Of a stretch of 64,000 nt of DNA, positions 48,023-57,487 are shown in pieces (position 1 is the stretch's first letter; each line of letters opens with the position of its first letter). The notes beneath the pieces were generated by a model, which was not told the DNA's origin, did no database searches, and worked only from the letters and a program-made list of their open reading frames with translations. Both the position numbers and the translations under genes were made by a program. The stretch spans positions 29,085 to 93,084 of the forward strand of contig FR878777.1 of assembly GCA_000434395.1 (NCBI GenBank). Reading direction: 5' to 3'. This DNA is from Clostridium sp. CAG:568 (GTDB lineage Bacteria > Bacillota_I > Bacilli_A > RFN20 > CAG-288).

Positions 48023-49516
48023 ATGCAGAAGATTGAAAAGAAGACTAAGATTTTTGCCACGATTGGTCCGTCTAGCGACAATCATGACATGATGAAAGCT
48101 TTGTTTGAAGCTGGTATGAACGTTATCCGTCTTAACTTCTCTCACGGAGATCATGAGGAACAACGTAATAAGATTGTCATTGCTCAACAAATTGAGAAAG
48201 AAGAGAACCAACTCATCGGTGTTGATCTCGACACTAAGGGACCTGAAATTCGTACTGGACGTTTCGTTGGAAAGCATGTCGTTGTCAAGAAGGGCGACAA
48301 AATCGTTCTCGAGATGGGATGTGAAGATGCTAACGGAAACGATAAGCTCGGTGGAAAGCAAGATGATGGAACCATCTTGATGGGAATCACCTACACAGGA
48401 CTTATTCACGACGTCAACAACGGCCACCACGTCCGTATGGATGATGGAAAGCTCGATATGGTCGTCACTGGTAAGGATGAGGCCAAAGGTGTGATTTACT
48501 GCGAAGCTACCACAAATGATGATATAAAGGATGAGCGTGGAGTTAACTGCCCTGACACTCATTTGTCAATGCCTTATGTCTCCGAACAAGATAGAAAGGA
48601 CTTGATCTTTGGATGTGAGCAACACGTCAACTACTGCTCTGCTTCATTCGTTCGTGATAAGCAAGATATCGATGATATCCGCAAGATTTTCAACGAAAAT
48701 GGTGGAAAGCAAATCAGGATTATTTCTAAGGTCGAGAATACTGAAGCTATCAGAAACATCGATGATGTAATCAAGTATTCTGATGGATTGATGGTCGCCC
48801 GTGGTGATATGGGTGTTCAAATTCCTGCCGAGGATGTACCTGTCGTACAAATGCGTATGATCAAAGGTGCTAGAAAGCTTGGTAAGCCTATCGTCGTCGC
48901 AACACAAATGCTCGATTCAATGATGCACTCACCCTTCCCAACAAGAGCTGAGGTTTCCGATGTCGCTAATGCTGTTTTGTCCGGAGCTGACGCAGTCATG
49001 CTTTCTGGAGAATCCGCAAACGGAGATTATCCTTTGGAATCTGTCACCATGCAAGCCAAGATTTGTGCTCGTATGGAAAAAGAGCTCGACTATGAGAAGT
49101 TGGCCAAAGAAGGATTTGCAATGTCTCGTCGCCAAGAAGCCGATGCTATGGCAAATGCTGTAGTCAACGCTGCTTACTTGACCGAAAGCAAACTTATCGT
49201 TTGCTTCTCAAAGTATCTTGAATCAGCAAAGAGACTTTCACATTGCCGTCCTGTCTGCCCTGTTTTGTTTGAGACTTCTAATCATGATGCAGCTTATGAT
49301 TCAATCCTCTACTGGGGTGTCTATCCTGCATTGGTCGAGAAGGTTCCTTCATCCTTGAAGGAAATGGAAGCTGAAGCTGTCGCTCTTGCTAAGCGTTATG
49401 GAATTCCTGCTGGAAGCAATGGAATTCCTGCTGGAAGCAACATTATTGTCACTGGCTCTGATCCTGTAAACAGCAAAGATACTAACTTCATGAAGATTGT
49501 CACTTTGGAGAAGTAG
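48023..49516 (+). CDS. pyk: Pyruvate kinase
   Basis: It has the motifs KIFATIGP, MVARGDMG and the K+ and Mg sites, and lies immediately after pfkA. There is an in-frame 21-nt tandem duplication near the C-terminus (GIPAGSN repeated twice). Confidence 0.9.
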   Translation: MQKIEKKTKIFATIGPSSDNHDMMKALFEAGMNVIRLNFSHGDHEEQRNKIVIAQQIEKEENQLIGVDLDTKGPEIRTGRFVGKHVVVKKGDKIVLEMGCEDANGNDKLGGKQDDGTILMGITYTGLIHDVNNGHHVRMDDGKLDMVVTGKDEAKGVIYCEATTNDDIKDERGVNCPDTHLSMPYVSEQDRKDLIFGCEQHVNYCSASFVRDKQDIDDIRKIFNENGGKQIRIISKVENTEAIRNIDDVIKYSDGLMVARGDMGVQIPAEDVPVVQMRMIKGARKLGKPIVVATQMLDSMMHSPFPTRAEVSDVANAVLSGADAVMLSGESANGDYPLESVTMQAKICARMEKELDYEKLAKEGFAMSRRQEADAMANAVVNAAYLTESKLIVCFSKYLESAKRLSHCRPVCPVLFETSNHDAAYDSILYWGVYPALVEKVPSSLKEMEAEAVALAKRYGIPAGSNGIPAGSNIIVTGSDPVNSKDTNFMKIVTLEK

Positions 49517-49524
49517 TTTAGTCT

Positions 49525-50454
49525 ATGAGCAACGAGATGATAAAGCCATCGGTAACTTTGGCCATTGATTTGGGTGCTACCAACCTTCGTGTCGGTCTTG
49601 TAAAGATTGACGAGAAGGGAATGCCTTTTGTGGTTGATGTTATTAGAGATAGTTCGGCTAAGGACAATCCTACCGTTCTCTATCACGAAATTACCACAAT
49701 GATCGACCAAATTATCCATCGTAATCCTACAATCAAGTTCACCCATATCGGTGTCTCGTTGTGTGGATTGGTTGAGAATGGTCGTACAGCAACAAAACTT
49801 CCTAACCTTCATATCGAACATTTCGAATTAGCTGATTGGTTAGAAAGAGATTATCCTGGTGTAAAGGTTCTCTGTGCAAATGATGCAAATTGTGCAGCAC
49901 TTTCCGAAGCAATTTTCGGTTCCGCTAGCGATGTAAACGATTCATACTACATCACTGTTTCTTCTGGAATTGGTGGTGGATATGTCTATCAAAAACAGTT
50001 GATCAACACAACTCTTGAGATTGGACATTGTGTACGTGAATTTGAAGGAAAGCTCGTGGAACAGGAACAATATCTTTCTGGAAATGGTTTAGCAAGACTT
50101 GCCGCATATAATGGTTTAGAAAATATGAAGGCAGCCGATATATTCAACGCTGTCAGAGAATCCAAGCGTAATAACACTCCTTTGGAGCCAAAGATCAAGA
50201 AGACCTATGAAGATTGGTACAAAGGATTAGGATTGTTGATTGCTAATCTTCAGCTCGAGTTCAATCTCGATAAGATTGTCTTGGCTGGTGGAGTTATGAA
50301 ATCAAGCGACGTATTCATGGATGACCTCTTCCATGTCGCATCAGCATTTGCAGCAAACTATCCTTTGAAACCTATCCGTTTCGTCTTGGCAAAGTTCGAT
50401 CAAGATTCCGGATTAGTTGGTGCAGCTACTGTCGGCTTCTCTATAAAAGACTAA
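49525..50454 (+). CDS. ROK-family sugar kinase (glucokinase-like)
   Basis: It has the N-terminal ATP-binding LAIDLGATNLRVGLV and the ROK signature, but lacks the canonical Cys zinc motif (CxCGxxGC is only partially present, as CGLVENG). Confidence 0.7.
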   Translation: MSNEMIKPSVTLAIDLGATNLRVGLVKIDEKGMPFVVDVIRDSSAKDNPTVLYHEITTMIDQIIHRNPTIKFTHIGVSLCGLVENGRTATKLPNLHIEHFELADWLERDYPGVKVLCANDANCAALSEAIFGSASDVNDSYYITVSSGIGGGYVYQKQLINTTLEIGHCVREFEGKLVEQEQYLSGNGLARLAAYNGLENMKAADIFNAVRESKRNNTPLEPKIKKTYEDWYKGLGLLIANLQLEFNLDKIVLAGGVMKSSDVFMDDLFHVASAFAANYPLKPIRFVLAKFDQDSGLVGAATVGFSIKD

Positions 50455-50469
50455 GTTTAATCCAAATGA

Positions 50470-50502
50470 ACACCTCTGCTCAGCAGAGGTGTTTTTATTT
50501 TT
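50470..50502 (+). terminator. Intrinsic terminator after the ROK kinase gene
   Basis: ACACCUCUGCUCAGCAGAGGUGU is followed by UUUUUAUUUUU. Confidence 0.6.
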
Positions 50503-50605
50503 CATAATAAAAACGCTTTGTTTAATTACAAAAAGCTATATAAAACTGCCATTCCATATAAAAGTGTTTATAATATTTAAGCATTAAAAAGGAGATACTT
50601 TTTTT

Positions 50606-52543
50606 ATGAAATTAACTTTACCTGACGGAAGCGTTAAGGAATTTAAAGATGGAATGACACCTTTGGAGATTGCTACTGAATTAGCACCTTCATTAGGAAA
50701 AAAGATTATATGTGCTAAGGTTGATGACAACCTTTATGATAAATCTAAGCCTTTAAGCAAGGATTGTCATTTTAAGATTATAACTGAGAAAGACGCTGAA
50801 GCTTTTGAAGTGTTAAATCATTCTTGTGCACATTTGATGGCTCAAGCTTTAAGCCATCTTTATCCTGGAATTCAATTCGGATACGGTCCTGCTCTTCCTG
50901 AAGGATTCTATTATGATGTCAAATCACCCAAGCCCATCACTGAGAAGGATTTCCCCGCAATCGAAGCTGAGATGCATAAAATTGCTAAGGAAGCTTTGCC
51001 TATCGTAAGAAGAGAAATCTCGCCTGAAGAAGCAGAAGAGATCTTCACGGACCAGAAGTTCAAGACTATACATATCGATGAAGTTGAAGATAGAGATCAC
51101 TGCGTCTCAATTTATAGCCAAGGCGATTTCACTGATCTTTGCCGTGGTCCTCATATGCCAAATACTTCATTTTTGAAGAATTTCAAGTTGTTGTCCTTAG
51201 CCGGATGCTATTGGAAAGGTGATAAGAACAACGAGCAATTGACAAGAATCTATGGTTGCTGTTTCTTCTCTTCTAAAGAACTCGAAGATTACATCAAGAT
51301 AAGAAAAGAAAGAGCTGAATCCGATCATAGAAAGATTGGTAAGGAAATGGGACTCTTCCTTCTTTCTGAATACGGACCTGGTATGCCTTTCTGGCTCAAC
51401 AATGGTTGGGCTATGAAACGTGCTTTAGAGGATTGGCTACTTAAGATCTTAAGAAAGCACAACTATCAAATGGTCCAAACCCCGCAAGTCTTATCGAGAA
51501 AGCTTTGGGAGATATCAGGTCACTGGGATCATTACAAAGAAAATATGTTTACAACCTCCATCGAAGGACAGGATTATGCCGTAAAGCCTATGAACTGCCC
51601 TGGTGCAATTCAAGTCTATAACAATTCAGTCCACTCTTATCGTGATTTGCCTGTGCGTATCGGTGAATATGGTTTGGATCATCGTGCTGAAGCATCGGGT
51701 TCATTGAACGGTTTGCTTCGTGTTCGTTGTTTCACACAGGATGATTCACACATCTTCTTAACACTTGATCAACTCGAGGATGAAGTAAACGATTTGCTTT
51801 CAATCTACAAGGAAGTCTACACTACTTTCGGTCTCCCTTATTCTATTGAATTGTCGACAATGCCTGATGACCACATAGGAACTGTCGAACAATGGCAAAC
51901 TGCAGAAGCACAATTAAGAAAGGTCATGGATGACAATCACATTCCTTATGATGTAAATCCTGGTGATGGTGCTTTCTATGGACCTAAGCTCGATTTCAAA
52001 GTCTTAGATTCAATGCGTCGTCAATGGCAATGTGGAACAATTCAATTGGATATGCAATTACCTGGAAGATTCGGCTGCTATTATGTCGACAAGAACGGAA
52101 ATCACCAAACACCTGTAATGATACATAGAGCCGTTCTTGGAACATTCGATCGTTTCATCGGTGTCATAACTGAGCATTTCAAAGGAAACTTCCCAACTTG
52201 GTTTGCACCTGTTCAAGTAGAGTTGCTACCAGTCTTTGGTCAAGATCAGGCTCAAGTCGACTTAGCTAATAAATTAAGAAATAAGATGATCGATTTAGGT
52301 TATAGAAGCGAAATCGACGCTAGAGACGAATCAATTGGTTACAGAATCCGTGAAACACAAACTAAGAAGATTCCTTATTCTGTAGTCATAGGAAAGAACG
52401 AAGTCGCAAATAACCAAGTCACTTACCGTGTTCGTGGTTCATCTTTGACCAAGACAGTTTCTATCGATGAGTTCTTCGATATCTTGAGAAATGATTGTGA
52501 AAACCATTTGATCAAACCTCTTCCAATCGAAGAAAACAAATAA
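50606..52543 (+). CDS. thrS: Threonyl-tRNA synthetase
   Basis: It is 645 aa with a TGS domain, an editing domain with HSCAHLMAQA, class II core motifs and an anticodon-binding domain. Confidence 0.9.
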   Translation: MKLTLPDGSVKEFKDGMTPLEIATELAPSLGKKIICAKVDDNLYDKSKPLSKDCHFKIITEKDAEAFEVLNHSCAHLMAQALSHLYPGIQFGYGPALPEGFYYDVKSPKPITEKDFPAIEAEMHKIAKEALPIVRREISPEEAEEIFTDQKFKTIHIDEVEDRDHCVSIYSQGDFTDLCRGPHMPNTSFLKNFKLLSLAGCYWKGDKNNEQLTRIYGCCFFSSKELEDYIKIRKERAESDHRKIGKEMGLFLLSEYGPGMPFWLNNGWAMKRALEDWLLKILRKHNYQMVQTPQVLSRKLWEISGHWDHYKENMFTTSIEGQDYAVKPMNCPGAIQVYNNSVHSYRDLPVRIGEYGLDHRAEASGSLNGLLRVRCFTQDDSHIFLTLDQLEDEVNDLLSIYKEVYTTFGLPYSIELSTMPDDHIGTVEQWQTAEAQLRKVMDDNHIPYDVNPGDGAFYGPKLDFKVLDSMRRQWQCGTIQLDMQLPGRFGCYYVDKNGNHQTPVMIHRAVLGTFDRFIGVITEHFKGNFPTWFAPVQVELLPVFGQDQAQVDLANKLRNKMIDLGYRSEIDARDESIGYRIRETQTKKIPYSVVIGKNEVANNQVTYRVRGSSLTKTVSIDEFFDILRNDCENHLIKPLPIEENK

Positions 52544-52566
52544 ATTAAATAAATTAAATTTTATAA

Positions 52567-52594
52567 AGGGTGGGCAGTGCTCATCCTTTTTTTT
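52567..52594 (+). terminator. Probable thrS terminator
   Basis: There is a GGGUGGG/CUCAUCC hairpin with G-U pairs, followed by U8. Confidence 0.4.
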
Positions 52595-52611
52595 ATATAA
52601 AATTTTTTATA

Positions 52612-52638
52612 TATATAAAAAAACGGCTTTAAGCCGTT
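52612..52638 (-). terminator. Terminator of the mraZ-rsmH-ftsL-like operon
   Basis: On the minus strand AACGGCUUAAAGCCGUU is followed by UUUUUUU. Confidence 0.5.
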
Positions 52639-52687
52639 CTTTGTAAAGGAATATTCTGAAACTTGTAGGAATTAATTAACAATTTAA

Positions 52688-52918
52688 CTATCTAAAGATC
52701 AAGATGGTGTCATCGTCTTGATCATTGACAGGGTTTGGTGCGTTGACGATCTTAGCACCAGATACAGTGTCAGAATGATTAATAGTAAGGCAAGCAGTAA
52801 CTATTCCAGCGATAACAGCCGCAGGCACTACGAAAAGTGATACTAAAGCTATGATTTTTTTAACTTTTTTGGTGTTATTCTTTTTATAAGTCTTTTCAAT
52901 ACGATTCTTTTTAACCAT
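52688..52918 (-). CDS. ftsL: Small bitopic membrane protein, a putative short FtsL-like division protein
   Basis: It is 76 aa with a basic N-terminus (KKNRIEKTYKKNNTKKVKK), one TM helix and a short extracytoplasmic tail. It is tightly coupled downstream of rsmH, where ftsL normally sits. Confidence 0.35.
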   Translation of the reverse strand: MVKKNRIEKTYKKNNTKKVKKIIALVSLFVVPAAVIAGIVTACLTINHSDTVSGAKIVNAPNPVNDQDDDTILIFR

Positions 52919-52920
52919 AA

Positions 52921-53910
52921 TCAGTACCTCCTTTCTATTACTCTCATCTTGGCACTTTCACTTCTAGGATTGAATTCAAGTTCATATTTGTCAGGAAGAA
53001 TAGGTTTCTTTGTAAGAATCTCGTATGGGCATTTTTCATCTTCTGTTGGAATAGGCAAGAAACGATTAAATGTCTTCTTCGGTGCATATTTCATAAAGAT
53101 GTTCTTAGCAATTTCATCTTCTTCACTGTTGAAGGTAATAATTGCAAGTCTACCCATTGGATTTAGGAATTCTACAGCTTGGCTCAATCCATTGATCAAT
53201 TCATTCTTTTCGTCATTCACTTCATAACGTAGAGCCATGAAAGTTTGTTTCGCTGGATGTCCTTTCTTTCTAAGAATTCTTTCAGGAAGAGCTTTTTTAA
53301 TGATATCGACCAATTCAAATGTTGTCTCGATTGGTTTCTTAGCTCTTTCTTCAACTATTTTTCTTGCTATCGGACCAGCGAACTTCTCTCCACCATATTC
53401 GAATAGTATTCTCTTCAATTCATCAGCCGAATAAGTATTAACTACTTCTCTAGCTGTCAACTTTTGTGTGTTGTCCATTCTCATATCTAGAGGTGCATCA
53501 TATCGATAAGAGAACCCTCTTTCAGGATCATCAAATTGAGGTGATGATACACCGATATCCATAAGAATGAAATCAGCACCACGCAATCCATATTCTTTCA
53601 AAGTAGGAATTGCTTGGGAGAATTTCGAATGAAATAACTTGTGGGACTGGCTGTAGTGAGACAACTTTTGTTCCGAATATGATAGAGCAGCAGGATCTCT
53701 ATCAAATCCATATAAAGAAGCTGTATTATCTACCATCTCCAAAATATTTGAAGAATGTCCTGCTCTACCTATAGTCATATCTACAATGACCATATTTGGA
53801 ATATCAGTCCTGACAAACGACAATACTTCCGTCAAAAGTACTGGGATATGAATGTTATACTCAGTTACTTGTTCTGCGGCACTTGTTTTAGAGCGTTCTG
53901 AGCTAGACAT
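52921..53910 (-). CDS. rsmH: 16S rRNA (cytosine1402-N4)-methyltransferase RsmH/MraW
   Basis: It has SAM-binding motifs (VDMTIGRAGHS, DIGVSSPQFD) and lies downstream of mraZ. Confidence 0.85.
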   Translation of the reverse strand: MSSSERSKTSAAEQVTEYNIHIPVLLTEVLSFVRTDIPNMVIVDMTIGRAGHSSNILEMVDNTASLYGFDRDPAALSYSEQKLSHYSQSHKLFHSKFSQAIPTLKEYGLRGADFILMDIGVSSPQFDDPERGFSYRYDAPLDMRMDNTQKLTAREVVNTYSADELKRILFEYGGEKFAGPIARKIVEERAKKPIETTFELVDIIKKALPERILRKKGHPAKQTFMALRYEVNDEKNELINGLSQAVEFLNPMGRLAIITFNSEEDEIAKNIFMKYAPKKTFNRFLPIPTEDEKCPYEILTKKPILPDKYELEFNPRSESAKMRVIERRY

Positions 53911-54308
53911 GAGTAATCATCCTCCCCTTTCTTCTCAAGTTCATTGAACTTATCTGTATCCCATAATTCAATGTGAGTCATTCTACCAACAAATGTGACA
54001 CTTTTAGAGATTCCAGCTTTGTTTAACAATGGCTTTGATAACTGAATTCGGCCGTGGGAATCAATCTCAATTTGATTTGACTGAGAGAAGAAGATACGTT
54101 TCAACTGACGGTTGTTGGCATCAAAATCGCTGAGTTGTTCATATTGTTCAGCCATCTTCATGTAAGCATCTTGTGGATAAAGTTCGATGTTTCCATCAAA
54201 GCCGATTGTAGCAAAGACGATAGAGTCAGTAAAAGCACCTCTGTCTTTATTAGGCAAAGTAATGCGGCCTTTATCGTCTAAGTTATGAACCGACAATCCT
54301 AGGAACAT
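53865..54308 (-). CDS. mraZ: Transcriptional regulator MraZ
   Basis: It has two DxxxR-like MraZ repeats (DDKGRITLP, DSHGRIQLS). The track start is a GTG at 54329. GGAGGUG lies 8 nt before the ATG at 54308 (MFLGLSVHNL), which is preferred. Confidence 0.8.
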   Translation of the reverse strand: MFLGLSVHNLDDKGRITLPNKDRGAFTDSIVFATIGFDGNIELYPQDAYMKMAEQYEQLSDFDANNRQLKRIFFSQSNQIEIDSHGRIQLSKPLLNKAGISKSVTFVGRMTHIELWDTDKFNELEKKGEDDYSCLAQNALKQVPQNK

Positions 54309-54334
54309 CGCCAATCCACCTCCCCACACGCCCT

Positions 54335-54343
54335 AATTCTACC
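54335..54343 (-). promoter_or_regulatory. Extended -10 element (TGgTAGAAT) for mraZ
   Basis: On the minus strand AAAUGGUAGAAUUAGGG lies about 20 nt upstream of the mraZ SD. The -35 is weak. Confidence 0.3.
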
Positions 54344-54494
54344 ATTTTTGAACACTTTTTCACACATTGTTTATTTTTCTTTCCTTTTTGCATTGACTTT
54401 TAAAGGCTAAAGCGCTAAAAATCTTAATATATTAGGTTTTTTACTTATTTTTAATAGTGGGTGATTAGTGGGAAAATTTTAAGAAAGAAATAAA

Positions 54495-54525
54495 AAAAGC
54501 GAGGTTTTTCCTCGCTATAAACTTA
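54495..54525 (-). terminator. Intrinsic terminator after the yceD-like gene
   Basis: On the minus strand AGCGAGGAAAAACCUCGCU is followed by UUUUUUUAUUUC. Confidence 0.5.
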
Positions 54526-54569
54526 ATTTGATCGTTTTTCCCTTTTTAGTGGGTAAAAGTGGGGAGAAA

Positions 54570-55112
54570 TCATTTCAAGTTTTTGAATGGGTTGTCTTGT
54601 TTATTCTCAGTTAAATTTTTATAGTCTTTCTCAAATTCATCCTCACTATAAACGACATATCCATCTCCCTCGACTTTTGTCAAAGGAACAGTGGAATAAA
54701 CAGGAGGAATGGCATCATAGAACAGAGCCAAAAGAGTAGGCTTCAAATCGTATCTTCCATCTGAATCAGGCAAGATATCAGCCATTTCTGGATCACTAGA
54801 TAAAGACAATTCACAATTTTCATCGATTGGATAATTCTTCAAAGTAAAATCGTGATCGTCCAATAAAGTAACTTCACCTTTCATAGTGATCTCGACCAAC
54901 AGGAAATCAGCCATTGGCTTTACCATAGCTACAACTTCTAAGCAACCGTTTTCTCCAAATCCTCTAACGCTGGGGCGGGGAGAACATTCTTCTTCGGTAG
55001 GCTTAAATGGGAAGTATTCCGTCTCATTATCACCTGTTCTCAACAATCTAGGATCGATATATAATCCATCAGACAATTTATGTCTAATCACATTTTTTTC
55101 TTTATTATTCAT
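54570..55112 (-). CDS. DUF177/YceD-like protein
   Basis: It is 180 aa and acidic. The C-terminal segment DLKPTLLALFYDAIPP resembles the YceD family, but no C-terminal CxxC pair is seen. The assignment is tentative. Confidence 0.4.
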   Translation of the reverse strand: MNNKEKNVIRHKLSDGLYIDPRLLRTGDNETEYFPFKPTEEECSPRPSVRGFGENGCLEVVAMVKPMADFLLVEITMKGEVTLLDDHDFTLKNYPIDENCELSLSSDPEMADILPDSDGRYDLKPTLLALFYDAIPPVYSTVPLTKVEGDGYVVYSEDEFEKDYKNLTENKQDNPFKNLK

Positions 55113-55123
55113 TAATAATTCTC

Positions 55124-57484
55124 CTAAGCAGCCAATTCCATAGGAAGCTTTGAAATCAAGGCATTGACAACATCATTGACAACAGCATTAATTTCATTGT
55201 CCTTCAAGGTGTGATCACCCTCCAAGGCCAAGGTTATTCCAATGGATTTCTTCAAATCACCTTCATAGTGATCGAAGAGAGTTACACTCTTCAATAAGCT
55301 CTTACCTGCTTTTTTAGCTAACAATTCGATATCGTGGTAAGAAACCTCACCGTGAAGAATAAAGGACAAATCTCTGAAAACTGTAGGATGAATTCCATAA
55401 GGAAGGAACTTTGTACGACCAGTCTTGATTCCAAACAAAACACCTAAATCCAATTCACCTACCAAATATTCTTCATCGAACTTTCCAGGGTTCAAAGCTC
55501 CGAAAGTTCCAAGCAAACTTTTACCGACCATGATGTCGGCACTCTTTCCAGGATGGAAACTAGAATTCTTGCTCTTTACAATACTATATCTATTCTTTTG
55601 AATTCCAAGATTTACTAATATAGCTTCTATGATTCCGCTCAAATCGTAGAAATCATAAGGTCTAGCTCCAAATCCTTCCTGATCTTGTTTATTTCCATGC
55701 AAAACAATTCCTAACAATCTTCTATGACCTATAGGTGAATCGATTGAAGAAATTTCAAAGAATCCGAAATCGCTCTTTTTATGGGAAAGATTATATTGAA
55801 CAGTTTCAAGTAACGAAGGAAGTAAATCCACTCTGACATATTCGTGATCGTTAGTAAGAGGATTTGAAATCTTATAACATGGAGTATTTTCAAAGACACG
55901 AATTTGATTTGCTTGTTCCTGACTTACCAAAGTAAAAGTCATAACTCCATATAATCCATTAGAAATCAGCAAGTTTCTAATATTCCATTCACTTTCTTGT
56001 TCAAAGGAAAGCCTGCCTTGAGTCAAAGGCATTCCTTTCAATGAGAGTGAAATTCTATCAGCTGAATAAAATCTAAATACTTCCTCATCAATATCAGCTT
56101 GTTGCTTTAAATCCACACGCCACAAAGGTGAAATCAACTTGCCATCTTTATCTTTAGAAATGGAGAATGCATTCAATACACGATCGACTTCCTCTTGAGT
56201 ATAATCACTTCCAAGTCTATGGTTTGTCTTTTCAAAAGAATAATCGATTGGTGCAGGTAAAGACAACTCACCTTTAGTTGAAGTAGAGAAAGATTCGACG
56301 GTAGATTCTGGGAAGACTTTTAATAACAAGTCGAGCATGACAGACAATGATTCATCAGTCATCAAAGGATTGACACCTTTGGCAAACAAAAGAGAAGAAG
56401 GTGAAGATAGTCCAAGTCTTGCACAGGTGTGACGTATATTTGCATGATAGAATGAAGCAGCTTCAATCAAAACATCATTTGTATTCTCATCCACCATTAC
56501 ATCCTTTCCGCCCATAACTCCACCCAAACATAAAGGCTTGCCTGAAGATGTGACTACCAAATCACCTTTCTTTAAATCGTATGTTTTATCATTCAAAGCG
56601 AGGAACTGACCTTCATAATCATCTCTGATTTCCAATGGATATGAAGAAATTTTAGAGCTGTCATAAATATGGAAAGGTTGACCAGTCAAAACCATTGCAT
56701 AATTTCCAACATCTACCAAAGGATCTACACTTCCATAACCAGATAGAAGTAAATTATGAGCAATCTTCTGCGCAATTATTTTGTCGAAGCCTTTCAAATG
56801 AACTTTAGCTAAGGAGAATTTCTTAGCAAAATCAGATGAAGTCAATGCTAGATTTTCTCTTTTTAAAGAAGAAATATCAAATTCATCGACACCTAAGTAC
56901 TTCTCTCCAGTTAAAGCACTGACTTCCCTTGCAAAGCCGATCAAAGAAAGGGCGTCGGGTCTATTTGGCAAGACATTGACATCGAGCAAGGTATCTTTAA
57001 GACCCAAGTGTTCCAAAATCTCAGTATCACCAATCTTGAAGCTATCATCCAATTCATGAATTCCATCAGTTTCTTTAGAAGGAAGAAGATTGGCGGGAAC
57101 ACCGAGTTCAACTAATGAGCAGCACATTCCATTGGAAGGATAATTTCTTATGACACCAGCCTTGATAGTCTTCCCTAAACTGGGAAGGTCACATCCTGGT
57201 AAAGCGACGATGACTTTAATTCCCTCTTTTGCATTTGGGGCTCCACAAACTATATCCAAAACACCTATAGCACCACCACAATCAACTTTTAAAAGATGAA
57301 GGTGATCACTTTCAGGATGCTTTTGGCATTCGATGATTTTACCTACAACCAATTTGGAAGCTTGAGTCATTTGACGGACTTCTTCTACTTCAAATCCAGC
57401 AAATGTCAATCTTTCAACTAATTTTTCACTAGTCCAAAAAGATAAATCGACTAATTGAGAAAGCAAATTATATGAGACTAACAT
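55124..57484 (-). CDS. pheT: Phenylalanyl-tRNA synthetase beta subunit
   Basis: It is 786 aa with tRNA-binding OB, B3/4, B5 and FDX-ACB domains, and lies immediately downstream of pheS. Confidence 0.9.
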   Translation of the reverse strand: MLVSYNLLSQLVDLSFWTSEKLVERLTFAGFEVEEVRQMTQASKLVVGKIIECQKHPESDHLHLLKVDCGGAIGVLDIVCGAPNAKEGIKVIVALPGCDLPSLGKTIKAGVIRNYPSNGMCCSLVELGVPANLLPSKETDGIHELDDSFKIGDTEILEHLGLKDTLLDVNVLPNRPDALSLIGFAREVSALTGEKYLGVDEFDISSLKRENLALTSSDFAKKFSLAKVHLKGFDKIIAQKIAHNLLLSGYGSVDPLVDVGNYAMVLTGQPFHIYDSSKISSYPLEIRDDYEGQFLALNDKTYDLKKGDLVVTSSGKPLCLGGVMGGKDVMVDENTNDVLIEAASFYHANIRHTCARLGLSSPSSLLFAKGVNPLMTDESLSVMLDLLLKVFPESTVESFSTSTKGELSLPAPIDYSFEKTNHRLGSDYTQEEVDRVLNAFSISKDKDGKLISPLWRVDLKQQADIDEEVFRFYSADRISLSLKGMPLTQGRLSFEQESEWNIRNLLISNGLYGVMTFTLVSQEQANQIRVFENTPCYKISNPLTNDHEYVRVDLLPSLLETVQYNLSHKKSDFGFFEISSIDSPIGHRRLLGIVLHGNKQDQEGFGARPYDFYDLSGIIEAILVNLGIQKNRYSIVKSKNSSFHPGKSADIMVGKSLLGTFGALNPGKFDEEYLVGELDLGVLFGIKTGRTKFLPYGIHPTVFRDLSFILHGEVSYHDIELLAKKAGKSLLKSVTLFDHYEGDLKKSIGITLALEGDHTLKDNEINAVVNDVVNALISKLPMELAA

Positions 57485-57487
57485 AAA

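Noticed and set aside
54393-54422. Plus-strand TTGACT-17-TAAAAT promoter-like match between mraZ and yceD, pointing away from mraZ
   Set aside because: There is no plus-strand gene or plus-strand terminator downstream. Fortuitous matches are frequent in DNA of about 30% GC. The minus-strand extended -10 for mraZ is the more plausible functional element.
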